Made by a program: the position numbers and the translations under genes. From positions 1 through 48,766 of the forward strand of contig JBDHKN010000043.1 in the NCBI GenBank assembly GCA_039586365.1: a DNA stretch of 48,766 nt. The letters are read 5' to 3'. This stretch comes from Gemmatimonadota bacterium (GTDB lineage: Bacteria > Gemmatimonadota > Gemmatimonadetes > Gemmatimonadales > GWC2-71-9). The notes under the pieces were generated by a model. It was not told the DNA's origin, did not search any database, and saw only the letters and a list, made by a program, of their open reading frames with translations. Position 1 is the stretch's first letter; each line of letters starts with the position of its first letter. Below are positions 7,526-17,157 of this stretch, one piece after another.

Positions 7526-9133
7526 TCATGCTTTCGGGCCCGCTGCCCGGACAGCCTCCGGCACGTCTGCAGCGAACTGCGCGAAGTTCTCGGCGAACAT
7601 TCCGGCCAGTTTCTTCGTCTGGGCGTCGTACGCAGCCGTGTCCGCCCAGGTCGACCGGGGGTAGAGTACGTCGTCGGGTACGCGCGGGCACTTCTCTGGC
7701 ACTTGCAGACCGAAGATCTTGCCTGTCCGCATCGGGACATCGTCCAGCGTGCCCTCCAGCGCTGCCGTGACCATTGCCCGCGTGTACTCGAGCTTGACGC
7801 GCGAGCCGACGCCGTAAGGCCCTCCGCTCCATCCTGTGTTGACCAGCCAAACCTTGACATCGTGTTTGGCGATCTTCTCGCCCAGTAGGTTGGCGTAGAT
7901 CACCGGATTGAGTGCCATGAACGGCGCTCCGAAACAAGCGCTGAAGGCAGCTTGTGGCTCCGTCACACCACGCTCCGTGCCCGCGACCTTGGCGGTGTAG
8001 CCCGATAGGAAATGGTACATCGCCTGGTCAGGATTGAGCCGCGCGATCGGTGGCAGCACACCGAATGCGTCCGCCGTCAACATGATGACGGTCTTGGGAT
8101 GGCCGGCTCGTCCCGTGAGGGTGGCGTTTGGGATGTGCGAGATCGGGTACGACGCCCTGGTGTTCTCGGTAAACGCATCACTGTCGAGATCCACCCGCCG
8201 GCTCTCGGGGTGAAATGCCACGTTCTCGAGAATGGTGCCAAACCGTCGCGTCGTCGCATAGATCTCGGGCTCACCCTCGGGAGAGAGCCGGATCACCTTC
8301 GCGTAGCACCCACCCTCGAAGTTGAACACGCCGTGCTCACTCCAGCCGTGCTCGTCGTCTCCAATCAGGGTCCGGTTCGGGTCCGCCGAGAGCGTGGTCT
8401 TGCCGGTACCCGAAAGCCCGAAGAACAAGGCGACGTCGTCCTCGTCCTTGCCGTAATTCGCCGAGCAATGCATGGAGAGCACGCCCTTGGGCGGCAGGAA
8501 GTAATTCATCACGGTGAACATCGATTTCTTGATCTCGCCGGCGTATGCCGTACCGCCGATGATCACCTCTTTGCGCCCAAAGTGCAGCAGAATGAAGGCC
8601 TCTGAGTTGGTGCCGTCTTCCTCGGGACTGGCACTGAATCCCGGCGCATGGATCACCGTGAATTGCGGTACGTGGTTGGCGAGTTTCTCGGGGTGGGTTT
8701 CCTTCACGAACATGTTCCGTGCGAACATGTTGTGCCACGCGGTTTCGTTCACCACCCGGATCGGAATACGGTAGTCCGGATCTGTCCCAACGTAGCAGTC
8801 CTGGACGTAGAGGTCCTTGCCCTGGTAATAGGCGCGCAGGCGGGAATGCAACGAGTCGAACCGAGCCGGTTCGAAGGGCAGATTGACCTTGCCCCACCAG
8901 ATGGCTTGTTCGCTCGACGGTTCGCGCACGATGTAGCGGTCTTTGGGGGATCGACCGGTGTACTGGCCCGTGCGGACGACGAAAGGCCCGAGGTGTGCGG
9001 TGTGACCCTCATGTCGCTGAACCGCGTGCTCGTACAGGACCGGGGTCGAGAGATTCCACCAGATCACATTCGCGTGTCGGATGCCGTGGGCGTCGAGCCC
9101 GTGCCGGCCTGCGGTTTGTCCGTGCTCTTCCAT
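7526..9133 (-). CDS. pckA: Phosphoenolpyruvate carboxykinase (ATP)
   Basis: [58 protein letters not shown]. Confidence 0.98.
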   Translation of the reverse strand: MEEHGQTAGRHGLDAHGIRHANVIWWNLSTPVLYEHAVQRHEGHTAHLGPFVVRTGQYTGRSPKDRYIVREPSSEQAIWWGKVNLPFEPARFDSLHSRLRAYYQGKDLYVQDCYVGTDPDYRIPIRVVNETAWHNMFARNMFVKETHPEKLANHVPQFTVIHAPGFSASPEEDGTNSEAFILLHFGRKEVIIGGTAYAGEIKKSMFTVMNYFLPPKGVLSMHCSANYGKDEDDVALFFGLSGTGKTTLSADPNRTLIGDDEHGWSEHGVFNFEGGCYAKVIRLSPEGEPEIYATTRRFGTILENVAFHPESRRVDLDSDAFTENTRASYPISHIPNATLTGRAGHPKTVIMLTADAFGVLPPIARLNPDQAMYHFLSGYTAKVAGTERGVTEPQAAFSACFGAPFMALNPVIYANLLGEKIAKHDVKVWLVNTGWSGGPYGVGSRVKLEYTRAMVTAALEGTLDDVPMRTGKIFGLQVPEKCPRVPDDVLYPRSTWADTAAYDAQTKKLAGMFAENFAQFAADVPEAVRAAGPKA

Positions 9134-9332
9134 CGTTCACTCCTGCGTGGCGCCGTTGCTGTTAGGGAGATGGCAAAGATAACCATCAAGCATGCAGGCT
9201 ACATCGAGGGACTGCAATGCGGGCCATGGCCCAGAAGAGAGACGTCTGACAAGGAATCACGTCTGATCCATTGAGAGCTTCAGTGCACCGGACGAAAGCA
9301 TTGAGTTGGCAGCTACTGCGGCGGGTGCCGGA

Positions 9333-9360
9333 TGTAACCTTCCGTCCCACCGGAGCGTAA
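9333..9360 (+). promoter_or_regulatory. ECF-sigma-type promoter
   Basis: TGTAAC-N17-CGTAA upstream of the M1 peptidase. Confidence 0.4.
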
Positions 9361-9525
9361 TGGGAGCATGCGTCTGGAGCTGCTCTCGGGCGGCAGGTGA
9401 CAAAGACCGCCGACGGCGGCCCCCAATTCACCAACCAGAGGACGAGAACAGGACCACGCCAGTTGACCCGGATCCCTCTGCCGCAAGGTGAAGCGTGTGA
9501 AAACCCACTCTACGGGAGGCAACGC

Positions 9526-11859
9526 ATGACACGTCTCAAGCGACCCATCAGCGTCGCTCTACTGATGTCCCCATTCCTGCTGGCCGTTCCAAATCAAACC
9601 GCTGCACAGAACCCTGCCCGCGCCGTCCCAGCGCTCGAGCGGCCCGTTGCGAATCCCGTGGTGGCGTCGCCCGGTTTCCGGCGCGCCATAGCGCGTGGGA
9701 CCCGGACCGAAAGGGGCATTCCGGGACCGGACTACTGGCAGCAATCTGCCCACTACACGATCGCCGCCCGGCTGGATGTCACCGAGAAGCGGCTGCAGGG
9801 CACGACGCGGATTCTGTACCGCAACGCCTCACCAGACTCGCTGCGCCGGCTAGTGGTGCAGCTGATCCAGAACTTCCATCGCGACGACGTCCCACGGATA
9901 CGTGCGGCCGAGATCACCGGCGGCTACACGATCTCACGCGTCGTAGTGGGGGCCGAGACGCTGGAAGAGACGCGCCCCCTGCGCGGCCCCGGCTACTCAA
10001 CCAGCCAGACCAACCTCCTCATCAACCCACCCGCCCCAGTGTCCCCGGGCGACTCGGTCGTGCTGGAGCTGGATTGGAGCTTCAAGATCCCGCAGGTCGG
10101 CTGCGGTGGACGCATGGGCTGGAACAGCGACGACTTCTTCTACTTGGCCTACTTTTACCCGCAGATGGCCGTGTACGACGACGTCGTGAGGTGGCACACG
10201 GACCCGTTCCTGGGCCAGGCGGAGTTCTACGCCGGCTTTGCCGAGTACGACGTTACTCTCGATGTGCCGCAGGGTTGGTTGGTCCAGGGTACCGGCGAAC
10301 TGATGAATGAGCGCGAGGTACCGGAGGCGAGCGACACGGTGGTCCACGTCATCACCGAACAGGACCTCGCAGCGGGCTTCACGCGCGAGGGTACGGACGG
10401 GAGGCTGCGCTGGCGCTTCAGCGCCGACTCGGTGCGTGACGTGGCATACTCCGTCACCCGAGCGTCGCTGTGGGACGCCGTGCGGACGGCGGTGGGCGAC
10501 CGGGATGGTGACGGGCAGCCCTCGTACTCGCGCGCCGAAGCCATCTTCCGGCCCGCGCACGAGCGATGGCGTGAAGGTGCCCGCTATGCGCAGCACGCAA
10601 TAACGTTCCATTCGCGCCACACGGACGTACCGTACCCGTACAGCCACGCGACGGCGGTCGAAGGCGCCGGAATCATCGGGGGTGGGATGGAGTTTCCGAT
10701 GATGACTATCATCGGCGGATACGACGAAGCCAGCGACCAGGCGCTGTACTCGGTGATCAACCACGAGTTGGCTCACAACTGGGTGCCGATGATCGTCTCG
10801 AACGACGAGCGGCGGAGGGCGTGGATGGACGAGGGGACCACGGACTTCAACGACGCCGAGGCGTCGGCGGACTTCTACCCGGGGTTCGATGGGCAGCAGT
10901 CGGAGTTCGCCGGCTACACCGGCTTGGCGCGCACCGGGCACGAGGGCGCGCTGATGCGGTACTCGGACTACCTGGACACGCCGGGCCATTACGGCGTACA
11001 CGGCTACACCAAGCCTGGCTCGCTGCTGTTCAGCCTGCGGAACATGCTCGGTGAGGAGACGTTTTACCGGGCGTATCAGGGCTACCTCCGCACTTGGGCG
11101 TTCAAGCAACCCAAGCCGTGGGACTTCTTCAACTACTTCAACGCGTCGACCGGCCAGGACCTCGACTGGTTCTGGCAGACCTGGTACTACGAGACCTGGG
11201 TACTGGACCAATCGATCGCGAGCGTCACTGCGGGTGGCAGCGACACTGAGATCGTGGTGTACGACAGGGGTGACGCGCCGATGCCGGCGCGGCTCACCAT
11301 CACGCTGGCAGGTGGCGACATGCTCGAGCGCGAGATCCCGGTAACCACGTGGCTGGCCGGGACGCGGACCGCTACAGTGACTGTACCGGCGGGCCAACAG
11401 GTAGTGCAGGTGGAGATCGACGCCGGGGCTGAGTTCCCGGACGTGATGCGCAAGAACAACTTATGGGCTGCCGCCGCAGACGCGCTCCCGTCCACCCTAC
11501 CGCTAGCCGTTCGGAACGATCTCGTGCGTAGACGCCGTGGAATAGTCGAGCAGGGCTATCGAGCCGAAGGCGAGCTATTGAGCGGCGCGGTTGCTGTCGG
11601 CGCCACCGACCCGCGTACCGTCAACCTGGAGGCGGGAGTAGAGTACGCGATCCTGGCGGTGTGCGACGAGGAGTGCTTCGACATCGACCTGCGGATCTCG
11701 CACTCCGCCGACTCGACACTGGCCGAGGATGTGAGGCCGGACGACACACCGGTGCTGGAGTTCACGGCCCCGGTGACCGGTGCGTACGACCTCGACCTCA
11801 TCATGTTCAGTTGCCAGGCGAGTACTTGCGCCTGGGGTGGGCGGATCTTCCGGCGCTAG
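9526..11859 (+). CDS. Secreted M1-family metallopeptidase with extra Cys-containing C-terminal (PPC-like) domain
   Basis: GGAGG RBS, signal peptide, GGMEFP, HELAH-x18-E (WMDEG), YTKPG; tail contains CDEECFDIDL...GAYDLDLIMFSCQASTC. Confidence 0.92.
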   Translation: MTRLKRPISVALLMSPFLLAVPNQTAAQNPARAVPALERPVANPVVASPGFRRAIARGTRTERGIPGPDYWQQSAHYTIAARLDVTEKRLQGTTRILYRNASPDSLRRLVVQLIQNFHRDDVPRIRAAEITGGYTISRVVVGAETLEETRPLRGPGYSTSQTNLLINPPAPVSPGDSVVLELDWSFKIPQVGCGGRMGWNSDDFFYLAYFYPQMAVYDDVVRWHTDPFLGQAEFYAGFAEYDVTLDVPQGWLVQGTGELMNEREVPEASDTVVHVITEQDLAAGFTREGTDGRLRWRFSADSVRDVAYSVTRASLWDAVRTAVGDRDGDGQPSYSRAEAIFRPAHERWREGARYAQHAITFHSRHTDVPYPYSHATAVEGAGIIGGGMEFPMMTIIGGYDEASDQALYSVINHELAHNWVPMIVSNDERRRAWMDEGTTDFNDAEASADFYPGFDGQQSEFAGYTGLARTGHEGALMRYSDYLDTPGHYGVHGYTKPGSLLFSLRNMLGEETFYRAYQGYLRTWAFKQPKPWDFFNYFNASTGQDLDWFWQTWYYETWVLDQSIASVTAGGSDTEIVVYDRGDAPMPARLTITLAGGDMLEREIPVTTWLAGTRTATVTVPAGQQVVQVEIDAGAEFPDVMRKNNLWAAAADALPSTLPLAVRNDLVRRRRGIVEQGYRAEGELLSGAVAVGATDPRTVNLEAGVEYAILAVCDEECFDIDLRISHSADSTLAEDVRPDDTPVLEFTAPVTGAYDLDLIMFSCQASTCAWGGRIFRR

Positions 11860-12004
11860 TGGTCGGCGAGGGGTTCTCGGCAGCGGACTGGGCCGCGGTT
11901 GCGATTGAGCTGTGGCTGAAACCGTCAGGATGGGAGAGAGGGTCAACGTGGGGAAGAACTGCCCGTCGGTAGCTGTGTGCTATCAACTGCGGTGGGGCAC
12001 ATGC

Positions 12005-12487
12005 ATGGTGGCTGACACCTTGGTTTACAGCGGACTCCTCCTCACACTCCTGGCGGCCACAGCGTGCGGGGCTCAGAACGGGTCGCTGCTGCCCGCCGAC
12101 ATGTTGGTGCGTCGGAACGTGTTCCGTGGTGCCACTGAGTTTCCCATCGCCGAGGCCCGGGCCTTCCAGTACGGCACGGTCCACGTGGATGGCCCGGAAG
12201 GCGGCATGCTGTACCGCTTCGAGACCGATGCCCAGGGCCTGGATTGGCTGGTTCGGGAGTGGTCCCTCCACCCGATCCAACCCGACACCGGGCCCTCGCT
12301 GCCGCCGGTCGACGAAGCGCCCGGATGGTGGCGCTCCGCCGGGCGGGCATCCGGGACCCCGCTCGGCGCGGACTCGACGGACGCCTCGGGTGGCGTTCGC
12401 TCCGTCCTCCTGGTCCGCGATCCGGCCGCGTCGGTGGCCTACTGGCGCGAGCACTACCGGGCCGCGCCCAGGGGACCGCGGCCGTGA
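12005..12487 (+). CDS. Hypothetical lipoprotein
   Basis: Hydrophobic N-terminus ending LLAATAC; GC3-biased codons. Confidence 0.6.
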   Translation: MVADTLVYSGLLLTLLAATACGAQNGSLLPADMLVRRNVFRGATEFPIAEARAFQYGTVHVDGPEGGMLYRFETDAQGLDWLVREWSLHPIQPDTGPSLPPVDEAPGWWRSAGRASGTPLGADSTDASGGVRSVLLVRDPAASVAYWREHYRAAPRGPRP

Positions 12488-12488
12488 G

Positions 12489-12606
12489 GTCGGGTAGGGC
12501 GAGCGGTCCGGGGTACGCCCCGTCTGGCGACTGGGTCTAGCGTAACGGGCCACCGACGTGTTGGTCAGCACACGCCGGTGACCGTGAGGGGATTGCAGGT
12601 CTCATG
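12489..12606 (+). repeat. Dispersed non-coding element, copy B
   Basis: GTCGGGTAGG (identical to 48462-48471), GTCTGGCG, GGCCACCGACGT...CGGTGACC-G-TGAGGG, ATG at 12604. Confidence 0.7.
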
Positions 12607-12715
12607 CTCGCCTCTGAGCACTGCGACATCGTTTTGCGACGGCGCGACCATTCGCCCGGGTCCGATCGGCCGCTAACGCTCGCCAGCGGACCTGCCGAAC
12701 CGTAGCTTAGCCCCC

Positions 12716-12779
12716 ATGCCCGAGATCACCTCCCGACGCTCGACCGCTACAAGCTCGAACCGCGTAAAGCAACTCGGTG
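12716..12779 (+). pseudogene. Tiny relic of a Ser/Thr kinase N-terminus
   Basis: MPEITSR / DRYKLE / QLG across frameshifts, resembling the ...LAxRYxIERELG start of kinases such as 36195-37787. Confidence 0.35.
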
Positions 12780-12887
12780 TCGGGCCGTGACGCCGGTGTG
12801 GCTGGGTGGTAACCCGGAGCGGTTCGTGGGCTTCCGGCTCTTGGGGGTCGACTCCACGGCGGTCGCCGTGAGCCGAGTGCGGGGAGG

Positions 12888-15149
12888 GTGAGCGTGGAGA
12901 CCCTCGCCCGAGCGGTGGTGCGCGCCAGGTATTTCGTGTTGCTCGCGTGGGCCGTTGTCGCAGTGGTCGCGCTGCGCACCGCCCTGCGCGTGGGCGAGGT
13001 CTTGAGTGTGGAGGGGCAGTGGGTGGAGGCCGTTGAGTCTGCGCAAGCCTCCAATCTCATTCGGGAGGCCTTGCCGAGTCCCGTCTCCAAGGTGTTGGCC
13101 GTGACGGTCCGGGGCCCGATGCAGATCGACAGCCCACCTTATCGCACCCTGCTAAAGGCACTCACGGAAGCGGCCGCCAACGAGCCGTACGTCGACCACG
13201 TCGTGTCCTACCTCACGGGTAACGACGAGACCTTCCTGAGTCCCGATCGGCTGAGCACTTTCCTGATCGCCACGGTGGGGCCGGAGCACGCCGACACAGT
13301 AACGCGGGCCGTGCCGGCGTTTCGGTCTGCGATGCAGCGCGCCGTTGTCAGGGAGGTAGAGGGGGGCGGGTTCGAGGTCCGTGTGACCGGTCAGCCCGCC
13401 CTCGAGTGGGACATAACGGTCGTGGCCGTTCAGGACGCCAGGCGCGGTGAGGTACGCGCACTGATCCCTAGTGCGGTGGTGCTCCTGCTGGCTTTCGGCG
13501 CGCTCGTCGCAGCCGCGCTTCCCATCCTCATCGGTGTGGGCGCCATAGTTCTGGCGCTCGCCGCTGTTTACGTGGTTGGCGGGTACTTCTCCATGGCCGT
13601 GTTCGTGGTTCCCGTTGTCTCAATGGTGGGGCTGGGTGTGGGCATCGACTACTCGCTGTTCATCACGGGTCGCTTCCGCGAGGAGCTCCATGCCGGGCAT
13701 GGCTCTCAGGAAGCTGCGGTGGGCGCGCTGGCCAGCGCTGGACGCGCAGTCGCGATCAGCGGCCTCACCGTGCTGATCGGTTTCGGGGCGCTGTTGCTGA
13801 CGCCCGCATCCGAAACGCAGTCAGTGGGGATCGGCGGGCTGCTCGTTGTCGCCGCGGCGCTGTTGCTGGCCGTGACGCTGCTGCCCGCGCTGCTGGCGCT
13901 GCTGGGGCGGCGTATCGACTGGCCGGACTGGCTCTCCGGCAGGCTCACCTGGTACCACAAGTGGGAGGGCTGGCAGCGCTGGGGGCGCTGGGTGGCCGCG
14001 CACCGCTGGCTGGCGGCGGCCGGAGGGCTGCTGGTAATCGCCGGCGTCACTTGGCCGCTGACAGGGATCGACGTGCGGATGCCCCCCGCCGGATGGTTCC
14101 CTGCGGGGACCGAGTCGAGTGAGGGTGGGGAGATGCTGGAGGAGATGGGCGCGCGCGGCTCGCTCATGCCCGTTCGCATCGTCGCCGCGGCACCCGAGGG
14201 CGAGCGGGTCGTTGGTACCCGCTACTTGCGCGGTCTCATGCGCCTCTCGCGTACGTTGCGGGCTGATCCCAGGGTGGCCCGGGTCTTGGGACCGGTGGAT
14301 CTCGAGCCAGGCCTGTCGGCGCTCGAGTACGCCATGATGTACGGCGACCTGGCCACGGCCCGGGAGCGCTACCCGGAGTTGATGGAGGCCTATGTGAGCG
14401 CAGACGGCCGGACGACGCTGACGGACCTCCTTCTGGTGGACACGGCTTCTGTCGCCACCGCGATGAATGTCGTGCGAGACGTCCGGACCCTGCTGTCCGA
14501 TGGCGTAGCGGGGCTCGAGGACGTGTTGGTCGTGGTCGGAGGGTTCGCCGCTGCCGGGGTGGACGAGGAAGACGCCCTGGAGGGCGCGTTCCCACGCATG
14601 GTAGCCCTGATCCTGCTGGTGACGGTTATCATGCTGGCACTTGCCTTCCGTTCGCTGCTCGTGCCGCTCAAGGCGGTGGTGATGAACTTGCTCTCCGTGG
14701 CGGGTGCTTTCGGCCTGATCGTGCTGGTGTTCCAGTGGGGCCACGGAGTGTCCGTCTTCGGCGGCACCGCTGGCACGGAGGCGATTCACATCGTCGTGCC
14801 GGTGTTGGCCTTCGCCATCGTCTTCGGGCTCAGCATGGACTACGAGGTCTTCCTGCTGTCTCGCATAAGGGAGGGGTTCGACCACTCCGGAGACAATGAC
14901 ACGGCCACGCTGGAGGGGCTCGGGGCCACCGCCTCGTTCATCACGAGCGCGGCCGCCATCATGGTGATCGTGTTCGGGGCATTCGCGTTCTCGCGGGTGC
15001 AGTTGGCGCAGATGCTGGGCTTCGCTCTTGCTGCAGCCGTGCTGCTCGACGCGTCGATAATCCGGCTGGTACTGGTGCCGGCGTTCATGCACATCGCCGG
15101 GCGGTGGAACTGGTGGCCTGGGGTGCGCGGCCAAGAGGGAGTGGGTTGA
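12888..15149 (+). CDS. MMPL-family (RND superfamily) transporter
   Basis: VTGQPA, GLGVGIDYSLF...RFREEL, FRSLLVPLKA, FGLSMDYEVFLLSRIRE, GRWNWWP. Confidence 0.95.
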   Translation: MSVETLARAVVRARYFVLLAWAVVAVVALRTALRVGEVLSVEGQWVEAVESAQASNLIREALPSPVSKVLAVTVRGPMQIDSPPYRTLLKALTEAAANEPYVDHVVSYLTGNDETFLSPDRLSTFLIATVGPEHADTVTRAVPAFRSAMQRAVVREVEGGGFEVRVTGQPALEWDITVVAVQDARRGEVRALIPSAVVLLLAFGALVAAALPILIGVGAIVLALAAVYVVGGYFSMAVFVVPVVSMVGLGVGIDYSLFITGRFREELHAGHGSQEAAVGALASAGRAVAISGLTVLIGFGALLLTPASETQSVGIGGLLVVAAALLLAVTLLPALLALLGRRIDWPDWLSGRLTWYHKWEGWQRWGRWVAAHRWLAAAGGLLVIAGVTWPLTGIDVRMPPAGWFPAGTESSEGGEMLEEMGARGSLMPVRIVAAAPEGERVVGTRYLRGLMRLSRTLRADPRVARVLGPVDLEPGLSALEYAMMYGDLATARERYPELMEAYVSADGRTTLTDLLLVDTASVATAMNVVRDVRTLLSDGVAGLEDVLVVVGGFAAAGVDEEDALEGAFPRMVALILLVTVIMLALAFRSLLVPLKAVVMNLLSVAGAFGLIVLVFQWGHGVSVFGGTAGTEAIHIVVPVLAFAIVFGLSMDYEVFLLSRIREGFDHSGDNDTATLEGLGATASFITSAAAIMVIVFGAFAFSRVQLAQMLGFALAAAVLLDASIIRLVLVPAFMHIAGRWNWWPGVRGQEGVG

Positions 15150-15997
15150 TCGTGGCGACGGCCAGCTCCCGACGGCTACTCGTCGCCGTCCACGACGTGA
15201 CCCCCGCGCACGAAGAGCGGCTGCAGGGGATCTTCGCTCTCCTGGATCGGCTCGAGATCACGCGTTACGCGCTGTTCGTCGTGCCGAACTGGCACGGCGA
15301 GTGGCCGCTGGGGGAGCACCCCAGGTTCGTGGAAGAGGTGCGCCGGCGCCAAGCCAACGGCGCGGAGATCTTCCTGCACGGACTGCGTCACGACGAAGTG
15401 GGCCGGGAGCGGAGCGTGTGGCAGCAGCTGCGCGTGGCGGGTCGTACGGGCTCCTCGGCCGAGTTCATGTTCCTCCCATCCGAGCAGGCGCGGGCCCGCA
15501 TTGATCGCGGGATCGAGCTGTTCGCGGCCGGCGGCCTGGAGCCGGTCGGGTTCGTGCCGCCGGCTTGGCTCCACGGCCCGGGGCTGGACGGCGTGCTGCG
15601 GGAGCGCGGCCTCAGGGTCACGGAGAGTTTCTGGGGCCTGTGGGACGTGCTCTCGGGGACCCGCATGCGCAACCCTGCGCTCAGTTGGAGCACGCAGCGG
15701 CAGTGGCGCTCGGATGCGACCGCCTTGATAGCGGAGGCTCGCAAGTGGATCGAGCGCGGGCGCGAGCTGGTGCGGGTTGCGATCCATCCGCCGGACGTCG
15801 AGGTGCCGGTCGTGGCGCGGTCAGTAGAGCGGACCCTGAAGGGGCTGCTTGAGGAGCGAACAGCGGTTGGGTATCGGGAAGTGCTTGGGTCGTCGGGGAG
15901 GGGTAAGACGAAATTGGGAGTGGGGGCGCCCCCCGCCGAGGGGCGAGTAGAGCTCGGTGACGTCGAAGAGCGTCAGCCTCCCGCCAGTTCCTCGTAG
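15146..15997 (+). CDS. Polysaccharide deacetylase-like protein (DUF2334 type)
   Basis: VAVHDVTP, LFVVPNWHG, FLHGLRH, AEF, GFVPPAW, RVAIHPPD. Start overlaps the MMPL stop; the tail overlaps the convergent GT4 by 25 nt. Confidence 0.85.
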   Translation: MIVATASSRRLLVAVHDVTPAHEERLQGIFALLDRLEITRYALFVVPNWHGEWPLGEHPRFVEEVRRRQANGAEIFLHGLRHDEVGRERSVWQQLRVAGRTGSSAEFMFLPSEQARARIDRGIELFAAGGLEPVGFVPPAWLHGPGLDGVLRERGLRVTESFWGLWDVLSGTRMRNPALSWSTQRQWRSDATALIAEARKWIERGRELVRVAIHPPDVEVPVVARSVERTLKGLLEERTAVGYREVLGSSGRGKTKLGVGAPPAEGRVELGDVEERQPPASSS

Positions 15998-17121
15998 CTG
16001 TTGAGGAGGGGCTCGAAGGCGGTGTCCCAGCTGCGCTCTTCCGCCCAGGCACGCGCGTTGCGGGCGAGCCGCGCCCTGAGCTCGGGGCTCTGGGAGACCT
16101 CGAGGATGCCGGCCGTGAACGAGTCCGCGTCGCCCGGCTCACACAGTACGCCATTTACGCCGTGCCGCACGTTCTCGAGCGTGCCACCCTGGGCAACGCC
16201 CACGACGGGCAATCCGGAGGCCATCGCCTCTAGCACGACGTTCCCCAGCGTCTCCACCCTCGACGGGAACACGAAGACATCGGCCGACGAGTAGGCCCGA
16301 CTGAGATCCTGACCCTCCAGATACCCGGCGAAGGTGACGTTCTCCGGCGCGGCCGCCATCATCTTGGGTGAGTAGGCCCCGTCGCCCGCCACCACTAGGT
16401 GGACCGGCGTGGAGAGGCTCATGGTCGTGAGGCGCTGGTATGCCTCGAACAGCAGCATCAGGTCCTTCTCGGGCGTAAGGCGGCCGACGTAGAGCAAGTG
16501 CAGGGCGTCGTTGGGTCCTCTCTTCCCACGCACGTCGTCTGAGCGGTGTGCCGGCGCAAAACGCTCCGTGTCTACCCCGCGGGACCAGATCCGCACGTGC
16601 CTGAAGCCGCGGTCCAGCAGTACGTGCCGGTTGGTCTCGCTCGGGCAGAACGTGACATCAGCGCGGTTGTGGAACCAGCGCAGGTAATCCCAGCACAACC
16701 CGCTGGCCCAACCGAATCCGTAGTATGGCAGGGTTCCCGGAAGGTTGGTGTGGAAGGACGCGACCGCCGGCACAGTGAGCTTCCTGGCGGCTCGCAGGCC
16801 CGTGAGCCCCATCGTGTACTCGGTGGCGAGGTGGACGACGTCGGGCTTGAACTCGCGCACGGCCCGCATCACGCGTCGCGAATAGGGAGCGCCTATCGTG
16901 AGGTCGGGATACCTGGGAACCGGCAGCCCCGGCACGCGCACGATCTGCGCGCACTCCGGCAGGGGCGCCTCTCCCCGCGGCCGCCACGAGACGGGTACAG
17001 CGAGAAGGACCTCGTGGCCGCGGCTGCAAAGGTGCCACACCAGTCGGTCCAGAATCAGCGCTACCCCATTCCGCTGTGGCAGGTATGTCTCGGAAAACAG
17101 GGCAATACGCACGACGGGCAA
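15973..17121 (-). CDS. Glycosyltransferase family 4 (PimB/MgtA-like)
   Basis: RIALFSETYLPQRNGV, SFHT, SRGVDTERF, YVGRLTPEK, FPSRVETLGNVVLEAMASGLPVV. Confidence 0.95.
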   Translation of the reverse strand: MPVVRIALFSETYLPQRNGVALILDRLVWHLCSRGHEVLLAVPVSWRPRGEAPLPECAQIVRVPGLPVPRYPDLTIGAPYSRRVMRAVREFKPDVVHLATEYTMGLTGLRAARKLTVPAVASFHTNLPGTLPYYGFGWASGLCWDYLRWFHNRADVTFCPSETNRHVLLDRGFRHVRIWSRGVDTERFAPAHRSDDVRGKRGPNDALHLLYVGRLTPEKDLMLLFEAYQRLTTMSLSTPVHLVVAGDGAYSPKMMAAAPENVTFAGYLEGQDLSRAYSSADVFVFPSRVETLGNVVLEAMASGLPVVGVAQGGTLENVRHGVNGVLCEPGDADSFTAGILEVSQSPELRARLARNARAWAEERSWDTAFEPLLNSYEELAGG

Positions 17122-17128
17122 AGTATTT

Positions 17129-17141
17129 GACTAGATCAGTC
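17129..17141. promoter_or_regulatory. Operator-like palindrome just upstream of GT4
   Basis: GACT-AGATC-AGTC in the 36-nt intergenic gap. Confidence 0.3.
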
Positions 17142-17157
17142 TACGCCAGGTCACAGA

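Noticed and set aside
9997..11397. Long antisense ORFs (also 13821-15134, 39131-40300, 39937-41085, 17335-18273)
   Set aside because: Shadows of well-supported genes, expected in high-GC DNA.
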